Assembly (NCBI GenBank): GCA_951406725.2
Contig: OX597823.1
Span: forward strand, 47,802,001-47,866,000
Length of the DNA: 64,000 nucleotides
Origin: Octopus vulgaris
Lineage: Eukaryota
Direction of reading: 5' to 3'
The position numbers were made by a program, and so were the translations under genes. Within the stretch, counting starts at the first letter, position 1. The number at the start of each line of letters is the position of its first letter. The notes under the pieces were generated by a model. It was not told where the DNA came from and ran no database searches. It worked only from the letters and a program-made list of their open reading frames with translations. Below are positions 52,835-64,000 of this stretch, piece by piece.

Positions 52835-52969
52835 CCAAGACTGGGTGGTACATTGGCTTCTCGAGCAAAACACTTCATCTCACTTTGCCCTGTGATCATT
52901 TAGATATCTGACACATGGTACAGCATACAACTGTTCAGGCAATGTCGATGTAATGGAAGAATTAGTTAT

Positions 52970-53880
52970 ATGCCAGACCCTAACCTCTCCATGAGAAAAC
53001 GCCACTGGAAAGTGCTGTGGTTCACACTGCCCTTCTCTTTAAGTGTTAAAACCCGGGTAGGTAAGATTTTACTTAGCTTTTAAGACAAACACTTTCCTCA
53101 TACAAATAGATTCAAAAAAATAATTAATAGGCCCACTCTGAGAGTTTCTTTTAGGTGTGCATCCAGTGGGAAAAAGATTTTAGTAGGTAGGCCCACACCT
53201 GAGGCAGAGGCAGAATGCTCATGTAGGGGTAACACATGTTCACTGAAAGGCCACTGTAACGTAGAAATCGTCGTATACGAGACAAAGGTAACAGCAATAG
53301 GACTAAATGGGCAACTTAACGTGCAGAAGTAGGTGGGGGAATCTGAAGGTCCCTTCAGAACCTGCTGTAACAACCACGTGCCCTCCTTCAACATCCCGGA
53401 GAGACGTAAGTTCACAACCTTAGCCAAGCATGTATGGTCGTTGAAAGAAAGTGCCACCGAGTACAGCCTAAAGTCGAGGATTCTAGAGAAATGTAAAGCG
53501 TACTTCAATAGCAGCAGAAAGTGTAGATTGCCAGGTTGAAATATGAACGGTTTTAAAGACCTCCCAGCACCTAGGCATCTATCTGAACATTTTTAATCCT
53601 TGCCCATATGAAAAGAAGTACATCCTATCATACCTGTGTGCCCCATAGTGATTATAATCACCAGTCCCCCAGCTTCAGCCCTTCCACCACCAATACGTAG
53701 GAATCCGGCAAAGAGTTTGATCAGGACATACACAAACACACTTAGAAAAACACACGCCCTAACTCGGCAGACACCCACCGTATAGACCATTCTCCACCCT
53801 CCCACACATATCCCTACACATACCATATGCATACATAAACGCCCCAAGAATTTAACCAGACCATAAAAGAAAGAAAGCAC
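52970..53880 (+). mobile_element. Penelope-like element fragment (Naiad-type linker + GIY-YIG) with C-rich 3' region
   Basis: RKRHWKVLWFTLPFSLSVKTRVGK..DKHFP..RFKKIINRPTLRVSFRC, CSCRGNTCSLKGHCNVEIVVY, VGESEGPFRTCCNNHVPSF..TTLAKHVWSLKE..CRL. Confidence 0.85.
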
Positions 53881-55166
53881 ACCACCATGATTTGACAACT
53901 GGCGTTGGTTTGTTTACGTCTTCAGAACTTAGCAGTTCGACAAAAAGACACCGATAGTATAAGTATCAGGTTTAGAAAACAAATAAGTACTGGGATCGAA
54001 TTTATCGACTAAACTCCTCAAGGTGGTACCCCAGCATGGTCACATCCCAATGAGTGAAACGAGTAAAAGACAAAAGGTAAAAATAGTTCGTAACTAAGCC
54101 ATTTCGTCAGGCTTTTATTCTAGAAATTTTGTCTCAGTAAGGGATAACAGGGTTATTATGTATCTTTTATTTCTTATCTTTAACTTGTTTCAGTCATTTG
54201 ACTGCAGCTATGCTGGGGCATCACCTTGAAGAATTTTTAATCGAATGAATCGACCCTACTACTTAATTTTTAAAAAACCTGGAACTTGTTCTGTCGGTCT
54301 CTTTTGCCGAACCGATAAGTTACGGGAATGTAAACACACCAACCCTTATCGTTAAGCAATGGTGGGGGACTAACACAGATACAAGGCCACTTACACACAC
54401 ACACACACACACACACGCACGCGCGCATACACATACATAATACACACATATATATATTCACACACATACATATACACGACGGGCTTCTTTTAATTTCCGT
54501 CTATCAATCCACTCACAAGACTTTGGTCGGCCCGAAGCTAAAGAAGACCACGATGAGCACGAATTGTGTTAAACCATTGCATTTCAAATTCAATGCTTCT
54601 AAAATAATAAAATTGCTACCTTGCAAGCTCTTATATACATCGTAATATTTGTTGTCATTATTTAGATAGATTTAAAAAAAAAATCCTCAGATATATATTT
54701 ACAGTCTTGGAATAAGTTGTATCAAGTCTCTTTCTTTATGAGTATACTGGGCTATATCTTATATCAAGCTTACTAAAAATACCTTTGCTAACACACTCAT
54801 ACTTATGGAAAACACTAAAGAAGCAACGATACAACTTTTCCTAAGTATATTTTATCCATGGAAAGTATTAACATTTATTTGCCCATTCCGGGTTTTGCAT
54901 CATCTTACAACCTTGAAAAATTTTGTTCTAAGTTGCTTTGTTCACTTTCCCTCAATGAAAAGTAGTTATTTTGTTCTGAGACTAGAATAGACTGAATAAA
55001 TGATCGGAACTTGTCTATAAGTGTTGACAACCCGTGAAAATCTTGTGCCAAAATTTTATATTACCAATCGAGAAAATTAATAGATAATGAAAACATGCTA
55101 TTTTAAGATACTTGATTTTGAAAATTTTATTTCTTACAATTTGCATAATAGTCCTCTTTGTACAAT

Positions 55167-55200
<34 letters not shown>

Positions 55201-55529
55201 TATCGGTATGTATATTTTTTTATTATTAGATTTTCACTTTATTTAATTTTGCTTCATATTTTTAGTAATCACTTTTACAAAGTTAGGTTGAGAGAAAAAA
55301 TATATTCATCTTTCAAACGCTATCTTATCCGTTATATTCTGTTAACGTTCCTCTTATATTCTATTCGCTAGCCAAAACTCACTCTCTGTTTAAAACTTGT
55401 AGTAAGATTCAAAATAATAAATTTTAAGTTCCATTTCGAACAATCGTCCGAAGATTTGTAACGGGTAACTCATAATAATTACTTGGAAAATTACAGTTTC
55501 TGGTAATTTCTTTCTCTCCATTACAAACG

Positions 55530-55594
<65 letters not shown>

Positions 55595-55625
55595 GCGATG
55601 ATGTGTGTGTATGAAAGGGTATATA

Positions 55626-56725
55626 CAAGGGTTGGACAAAATAATGGAAACCCCTTAAAATTTCAAACAAATTTATTTTAATATGGAGCAGGACCGCCTT
55701 TGGCAGTAATTACCGCTTGAATTCTACAAGATATGGACTCAGACAAAGTTTTTATTGTTTCCAAAGGAATTTTTATCAATTCTTCAGCTAAAACGGTCTC
55801 CATTTCTTGTAGTGATGATGGTGGAAGATATCGACTCCTTACTTGTTTTTCTAAAATGCACCATAAATGTTCAACAATATTGAGATCTGGGGACTGTGGT
55901 GGCCAGATAAGATGTTCAACTTCACTAGAATGTTACTCGTACCATTCAGGAACAACTTTAGCTATGTGAATTGGTGCATTATCATCCTGAAAGATTGCGT
56001 TTTCCTCAAGAAAACAGTTCCGCAACCATAGGATGAATTTGATCAGATAAAATGCTTAAATAGTCTTGACTATTAATTCTGCCATGAAGGGAAACCATTG
56101 GGCCGGCGGATTTCGAAGATATAAGGTAAAGGATGACTCGTCTAAGAAAATAAATTCTTCCATTGCTCTAGCGACCAATTCTGTAGGTTTTTTCTCCACT
56201 CTAAAAGCTTTGCAACGTTTGGTTTTGAAAGTAGTGGTTTTCTTATTGCAGCTCTCCCGTGAAAACTGGATTTGTGCAGTTCCCGGCAAACAGTTTTTGT
56301 GGCAACTGGGTTCTTGAGGTGGTCATTAAGCTCTGCAGTAATTTTGGGAGCTGTACTTTTGTGATCCTTTCTAACAATTCGTCCGGCGGTCCCTATCTGA
56401 AAGTTTTGGGTTTTTTCCGAAGTTTTGTTTCGACGAGGAGGTTTTTCCCTCTTTCTCAAAGGCTGTCTTTATTTTCGAGACAGTACTTCTTGATACACCA
56501 TACGAGCACCAACAATTTGACCTCTTTGAAAGTCTGATAGATCTGTCATTTTAATGAGTTTTAATTACATTTTTCTTATATCTGAAAAGAAACAGCAATT
56601 TTAGCAAAACATATTAAGCGACGCTAATAATAAATCAACAAAACAAAAACAAATAGGCTTTTGACGGTTTTATAGATATTTCAAAATTATGATGCTAGGT
56701 ATTTCCACTATTTTGTCCAGCCCCT

Positions 56726-56726
<1 letters not shown>
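55626..56726 (-). mobile_element. Decayed Tc1 (DD34E) transposon
   Basis: 30-bp TIRs caagggttggacaaaataatggaaacccct / aggtatttccactattttgtccagcccctg. Transposase remnant 56549-55678: MTDLSDFQRGQIVGARM, TAPKITAELN, FHGRAAIRKPLLS, FQDDNAPIH..WPPQSPDLNIVEHLW, AKGGPAPY*. Internal deletions. Confidence 0.92.
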
Positions 56727-56775
<49 letters not shown>

Positions 56776-57304
56776 AGGTATTAGAAATTCGATGTTCTGT
56801 CATTGGTACCTGGAGTACTGATCCTACCAGAATCTTTCTTCTTTACAGAAGAACCAATTTAACAGACAGCGAAATAAGGGTTTTCTTTTTGTTAGGGAGT
56901 GAATTTCATAATGTTGTATAGAGCGTGGGGTTCTCAATGATGAGATAGTGAGTTCAATTCCCGGACCACACTGTGTGTTGTGTTCTTCAGCAAGACTCTT
57001 TTAGTAGTTGAGTTTAAATAAAATGTTACCATTAATTTTTTATATGAACGATGCAATAAAGAAATGGGACATCATTTAACATTAACACATTTTTATAGTT
57101 GTGAGTGGAAGCAATGGGCTGTAGTGTCTCAGTCAAATATATACTGTACTCATATGGAGAGTTCATAGAAGTCACCAGAGTTAACACAACTTAAGTAAAA
57201 TATTTTGTAAATAACGAGTATACTTTGTTGAACATGTGGTCAGAGAAAAATAGCAGTAGTCTGAACATTTCAGTGAAGCTCTTGCATGCTGTCCTGGCGT
57301 AGAC

Positions 57305-57473
<169 letters not shown>

Positions 57474-57891
57474 TGCTTCTTGGTGTACAAGCGGCGAGAG
57501 ACAGAGAGATTCATAACTACCGGAATATATAGGTGTCAGCTGCGACGCTACCTGGTGGCGTTTACCAGCGTAGGGACGCAATTCATCTAACCTCGCTAGT
57601 CTACTACAACACTTTATTATTTCATGTTGCTCCAGTTTGTTCAGTTGTAGAAATGAGTTGCAATGTCACTGATACCAAGCTGTATCGGCCTTTGCCTTTC
57701 CCTTGGATAACATCGGTGGCGTGGAGGGGGGAGGCTGGTATACATGGTTGACTGCTGGTCTTCCTTAAACAACCTTGCCCAGACTTGTGTCTCGGTGGGG
57801 AACATTCTAAGTGCAATCCGATAGTCATTCATGACCGAAGGGGGTCTTTATGCCTGCTTCAAGAAGAATAGAAATTTGAATTTATATAACA

Positions 57892-58285
57892 TTAGCAGTA
57901 TCGCCCGGCGTTGCTCGGTTTTGTTTCGACCCTTTAGAATTGGAATTTTTGAAAAGTAAAACTTTGGCATTATGCAGCTTGTTATTCTCTTTAAGTGAAC
58001 ATTTTTCTGGTTGAAATACACAGAAAAATGGCGACACAGCAGTCAAAAAATCGTAAAAAATAGGGATTTTCATAGAAAAAAAAGCACTTTTTTTATGTAA
58101 ATAATTTTTGGTGTTAGCATGGTCCGATTTGAATTTTTTTCTTCTACGGAAGGAAGAGCAAGCCTTCTTCTATCATACTCTCAATTTTGGTCAACTTGCG
58201 CTGCAGGGTCTCGGAGGAGATAGTGTTAGTTGAAAGCTACCAAACCTGCCATACACAGACAACTTCAGCTTTATATATAGAGAGA
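57892..58285 (-). mobile_element. Non-autonomous Helitron
   Basis: Minus strand starts TC (tctctctatatataaagctgaag), ends with a GC hairpin ccgagcaacgccggg then ctaa (CTAG variant), and sits between A and T. Confidence 0.78.
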
Positions 58286-59002
58286 TTAGATAACATTCAG
58301 CTCAATATGAATTTCTTTTGCCTTTAGAGACATATTTAACAAAAATATACTCGATTTCATCTATTAATCCAGACTGAAATTGGAATCGTTTGTACACAAC
58401 TTTTCATTTAAACATTAAAAGAAATTTCTTGTACACTTCTATTTATAAGAAACGTAAATGTATACTTCTTGACATTTTAAAATACATTTATCAAACTTTT
58501 TTTTTCCATCATAAAGCACAGCGTAAAACAACTCATTTAGACATTTTCCATATTTACAATTTCAATCTCTTTCATCTTACCTGATATATTGGCCCTTAAG
58601 GATGAAAGATGAAAATCTGAAAAGTTTCAAAGTTTCATTTTTCTACATAAAATTCTGCATGCAACGTTTTTCTCCTTAAAATACTATTAAGAGAGTATGA
58701 AGGAAGTGGTCCAAACGTTTAGAACAAATAACCTTGTTTAAATTGCAATGCATATTTCAACTTAATGTGTCAAATGTACAAAAGCGTGATTGGCTCATTT
58801 TCTGTTTTCCCAGGACTGAGTGTGTGTGTAGGTATGTATGTATGTATTTATGTATTTATGTATGTATGCATGCATGCATGAATGTATGTATGTATGTGTA
58901 TGTATGTATGTATTTCTGATGTAGGTATGTATTCATAAACGTATATACATATACATGTATACACATATATACATGTATACACATATACATGCATGAATGT
59001 GC

Positions 59003-59033
<31 letters not shown>

Positions 59034-59529
59034 TGTATGTATGTATGTATGTATGTGTGTATGTATTTAAGTAAATATATATGTATGTATGTGTATTTGC
59101 CTCTGTGTGTGTGTGTATGTATGTGTGTGTGGATATACATATATAAATGTACACGCATACATATATGCACATAGATAGGCCTCTCCTATCTTATACAGTC
59201 GAGTAAAAGACCAAAATTCTTAATTGGAGTAGCATATTTGCTGGTGTGAAAGTAGCTTTTACATTGTTTGCGATTCTCGTGTGACATGAGATGGCAAATT
59301 GCTGAGCTTATCCAGTAACAAACAAGAAGAAAAACCAAACGTCATTGTTATTTCAATAGATACACTTGGTGCAATTAGTAACATAATTCCTTGCTAGTCA
59401 AAGACGATTCGCTTCCTGTAGAGTACCTCTTCTTTTAAATGTCCTAAGAACCGCTTGCGGATGTCTCATACAATATGTGTGTGCGTGGGCGTGCATGTGT
59501 GTATATGTATATTTATAAATGTAAGTATG

Positions 59530-60880
59530 GCGCTGGAGTGGCTGTGTGGTAAGTAGCTTGTTTACCAGCCACATGGTTCCGGGTTCAGTCCCACTGCGTG
59601 GCACCTTGGGCAAGTGTCTTCTACTATAGCCTCGGACCGACCAAAGCCTTGTGAGTGGATTTGGTAGATGGAAACTGAAAGAAGCCCGTCGTATATATGT
59701 ATATATATATATGTGTGTTTGTGTGAGTGTGTTTGTCCTCCTAGCATTGCATGACGACCGATGCTGGTGTGTTTATGTCCCCGTTACTTAGCGGTTCGGC
59801 AAAAGAGACCGATAGAATAAGTACTGGGCTTACAAAAGAATAAGTCCCGGGGTCGAGTTGCTCGATTAAAGGCGGTGCTCCAGCATGGCCGCAGTCAAAT
59901 GACTGAAACAAGTAAAAGAGTAAAAGAGTATGCATTTTATATGGAGTTTGCTAGATCGTTTATCTTTTACTTGTTTCAGTCATTAGGCAGCGGCCATGCT
60001 GGGGCACCGCCTTGAAGAATTATTAGCCAAATGAATCGAACCCATTTTTCTTAACTCTGGTACTTATTCTATCGAAATTTATTGCCGAACCGCTAGGTTC
60101 ATTGGACGTAAACACACCAGTACCAGTTCTCAAAAGGTAGTGCGGAAAAAAACCCAGATAAAAAGGAAACACGCGCGCGCGCAGGCACACACGCACGCAC
60201 ACACACACACAACACACACACACACACACAGCATACTTCTTTCAGTTTCTGTCAACCAAATTCACTAAAATGACTTTGGTCGGCCCGAGGCTATAGTAGA
60301 AGACACCTGCCCGAGGTACCAGGCAGTGGGACTGAACCTGGACAAAACAAACATATAGCTGAGTCAACGAATCAGCAGCCTCGTCCTGATTTATTTTATT
60401 TGAATCAGAACCAGTGGGGCATTTGTGAATAGAAATATAATGATTATTGTAAAAATTGTTGTTGATTTATCGTTTTATACGAAAAAAAATTCAGTATACC
60501 TAGAGAGTAAAACCTATTCTTTTATTTTACTATTTTTTTTTTTACTTATTTCAGTCATTTGCCGCTGGCCATGCTGGATCACCACCTTAAGCCTCTTTAG
60601 TCGAACAAAAGACCTCTTTATAAGCCTAGTACTTATTTTATCGGTCTCTTTTGCCGAACCGCTAAGTTACGGGGACGTAAACACACCAACACCTGTTGTC
60701 AAGCGATGGTGGTGGGGACAAAAACAGACACAAACACAAGCACGCACAGATACACACACACATACATACATACGACGGGCTTCTTTCAGTTTTCGCCCAC
60801 CAAATCCACTCACAAGGCTTTGGTCTACCCGAAGCTATAGCAGAGGACACCTGCCCAAGGTGCCACGCTGTGGGACTGAA
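59530..60880. mobile_element. SINE family A cluster (+ 59530-59930; - ~59960-60342; - ~60540-60880)
   Basis: CpG-intact copies with full head, core and tail motifs. Confidence 0.85.
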
Positions 60881-61585
60881 TGTTGCAATACTTTTCTACT
60901 GTCCAGAATAATAGGATGTGGTATCCCTTGGACACTTTCTGTAAAACAATAATCTAAGAACCTTCTACTTCTAAGGAGTTCTCTTCATATAACACAGAAG
61001 AGCCGACATTTCTCCTCCTCCACCTCTTCCTCCATAATGTCCACTTTTCTCAACTATTCTCCTTCGTTTGACTGAATAGACTGTCTGTCAAACTCGGGTG
61101 AAAAGCAGTATAATGTTTCAATTGTTAAATTATGATTTTTTATTCTTTAAATTAAAATTTCTTTCTTTTTTTTTATTTGCTTTTCTAACAAATTTAATTA
61201 ATGATCTTTCATTTTCCAGCTAATTTATATATTTGTTATGTAATATCACCTTTAATATTTTATTTTAACATACTTTCACTTCTATATTATTGTGTTAGCG
61301 AGATCTTTGAAATGAGTAACGGATGTTTTTTTTTTATTGATTTTTATTTTGTTTATTTAATATCTAATTTTGTTAGTTATCTTAATGTACTATCGTTACA
61401 TTATCTTCATTATATGCATTTAATTTTTGTTGATTTATTTTGTTCTAAAAGGAGCACTTTGAATGTAGACTTTCGGTCTTGATTGAGATTTGGAAACAAA
61501 CTATCCTTTAAACTTACATTTTAATTTGTCTACAAACTTTTGTGTTAACAAATGGGGTTCTGCAATGCTTTAGACTAAATCAAAG

Positions 61586-61632
<47 letters not shown>

Positions 61633-61634
<2 letters not shown>

Positions 61635-61926
61635 GACTCCGCCGGTTACGACGACGAGGGTCCCAGCTGATACGATCAACGGAACAGCTTGCTCGTGAAA
61701 TTAACGTGCAAATGGCTGAGCATTCCACAGACACGTGTACCCTTAACGTAGTTCTCGGGGATATTCAGCGTGACACAGAGAGTGACAAGGCTGTCCCTTT
61801 GAAATGCAAGTACAACTCATTTTTGCCAGCTGAGTGGACTGGAGCAACGTGAAATAAAGTGTCTTGCACAACTCACAACCTTACGATCATGAGCCGAATG
61901 CCCTAACCACTAAGCCACGCGCCCTC
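61633..61926 (-). mobile_element. SINE family D (tRNA head, V-like segment, Deu/Nin-like 3' part)
   Basis: Minus: gagggcgcgtggcttagtggttaggg..caagacactttatttcacgttgctccagtccactcagctg..gtgtctgtggaatgctcagccatttgcacgttaatttcacgagc. Older fragments at ~14265-14410 and ~14640-14760. Domain names from memory, unverified. Confidence 0.7.
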
Positions 61927-62335
61927 ATATATATATATATATAATGAAATGGAAGACAGTGTGTACTGTAAGCTTTATTTAGCACGACGATCGTTTCGGC
62001 TTACATCTCCCTAATGGATGGAGAACGATATAATGTAATCGAATGCACCCTACAGTACAGAAGAAACCATACCAAGTTGCATAATACGTTACAGTGTTAT
62101 AATAAGTACATCTCGTTTCTGTGAGTGGTAGGATGGTGTTGGTACACTGTCTTCTCTTTCATTTATTTAAAATTATACTAAACATGTACCAAGGAATTCC
62201 TTACGTAGATCTTGCGACTAAAGGGCAGTACCACGGATTACGCCTGGAAGTCATATGTAGTGAACGTGCTCTCAAGGCACACTACTAAGGACAAGGTTTG
62301 GATAGTACACTTTTAATTCTCTTATATAAACTTAA

Positions 62336-62376
<41 letters not shown>

Positions 62377-62381
<5 letters not shown>

Positions 62382-62685
62382 GTTGTGAGTGTTTATTGGG
62401 CGAAAACACCTAAAGCTCCACGAGGCTCCGGCAGGGGATGGTGGTAATCCCTGCTGTACTCTTTCACCACAACTTTCTCTCACTCTTACTTCCTGTTTCT
62501 GTTGTACTTGTATATCAAAGGGCCGGCCTTGTCACTCTCTGTGTCATGCTGAATATCTCCGAGAACTACGTTAAGGGTACACGTGTCTGTGGAGTGCTCA
62601 GCCACTTACACGTTAATTTCACGAGCAGGCTGTTCCGTTGATCGGATCAACCGGAACCCTCGTCGTCGTAACCGACGGAGTGCTT
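62377..62685 (+). mobile_element. SINE sharing the family D 3' half but with a different 5' half
   Basis: ~62520-62685 matches the reverse complement of ~61633-61800; 62377-62520 is unrelated to the head at 61800-61926. Confidence 0.7.
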
Positions 62686-63408
62686 CCCATATATGATGGA
62701 CTCTCCCTCGAAGACGACGTATGAGCGTTCAGCTTTTTGCCGAACGACCAGCATAAATGATTTGCTTATAGTGATCAAATGTTCATGTGCCGCGCATTAG
62801 CTCCCTCTCTACATCAAATCGACGTTGTCTGAAAAGGTGCACTGTGTGCCACGCGTCAGGTGTCGAAATGATTGTAGAGCAACGAGAGATGAAGTGTTTT
62901 GCTCAAGAACACACGGCACTACGTGGTCTAGGAATTGAAATCATGATCGCTATATATGTCTGTGTGCGTGTGTGTGTGTCTGTATGTAAGTATTTATGTA
63001 TGTTGTTTGTATGTATGTGTGTATGTAACAATCGTACGCACATGTATGAATGCATGCATGTATGTATGTACGTACGTACGTGTGCTGGTATACATGTATG
63101 TACGTACGTATGAATGTATGTACGTATTTATATGTATGTATGTATGTATGTATGTACGTACGTACGTATGTATATATAGCTAATGTGTAGGGGAAACTTC
63201 GTTGATTCATATATTCTATGTGTATACAAAAGATCTACCTGTGTGCATACATATATTAATGCTTGTTTTTGTAATGCTTTATCTATATAAAAACACACAT
63301 TATTTGAAGCACCCATTCGATACTTTCAAGTAGAGCATCATATTTATTTTATTCCTACGTGAAAAAGATCAGCTGTAACTTCGACCGTTCAGACTATACA
63401 TTGCAGTC

Positions 63409-63464
63409 AAAGTGCCTGACGAAAGCAACTAAGCCGAAACTTCGAAATCCCTGAGTCAAACTTT
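63409..63464 (+). ncRNA. Type I hammerhead ribozyme-like motif (partly eroded)
   Basis: aaagtgc-CTGACGA-aagcaactaagcc-GAAAC-ttcgaaatccctga-GTC-aaacttt. Core is intact; stem I has 2 proximal mismatches and stem II is weak. Confidence 0.5.
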
Positions 63465-63514
63465 TCCTTATAAAAATGTGAACTTTTCCTTATAAAAAAA
63501 ATCGGTGCATGTAA

Positions 63515-63592
<78 letters not shown>

Positions 63593-63610
63593 CCTACCTA
63601 TCTATCTATC

Positions 63611-63898
63611 ACCTTGGGCAAGTGTCTTCAACTCTAGCCTTGTGAGTAGATTTGGTTGACGGAAACTGAAAGAAGCCCGTCGTATATATATGTGTGCGTG
63701 TATGTTTGTCCTCCCATCATCGCCTGACAACCGATGTTGGTGTGTTCACGTCCCCGTAACTTAGCGGTTCGCCAAAATGGAACGATAGAATAAGTACTAG
63801 GCTTACAAAGAATAAGTGCTAGGGTCAATTTGTTCAACTAAATGCGGTGCTCCAGCATGGCCGCAGTCAAATGACTGAAACAAATAAAAGAAAGAAAG

Positions 63899-63933
<35 letters not shown>

Positions 63934-64000
63934 GGCCCAGGAGTGGCTGTGTGGTAAGTAGCTTGCTTACCAACCACTCAGTTCCGGGTTCAGTCCCACT
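63611..64000 (+). mobile_element. SINE family A copies (headless 63611-63890; new head from ~63933)
   Basis: Family A motifs. Confidence 0.8.

Overview
AT-rich, repeat-dominated eukaryotic non-coding DNA. The SINE, Penelope, Dong, Tc1/maT and microsatellite landscape resembles an octopus/cephalopod genome (inference, no database check). No intact host CDS, rRNA, tRNA or CRISPR array is supported; most of the ORF track is microsatellite or SINE noise. Recognisable elements are a Neptune-like Penelope element with an inverted 3' duplicate, a Naiad-like Penelope fragment, decayed Tc1 (DD34E) and maT-like transposons, Tc1- and piggyBac-type MITEs, a non-autonomous Helitron, two young R4/Dong 3' fragments in (TAA)n, an RTE fragment with a nested insert, dozens of SINE copies and a perfect 116-bp tandem array. 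The most notable observation is a pair of diverged but homologous structured inserts (9431-9754 and 48560-48963). Both interrupt two different copies of the same SINE family at the same site, and both carry a conserved 8-10 nt sequence complementary to that site. This suggests a SINE-targeting, sequence-specific retroelement. Coordinates were read by eye and may be a few bases off.
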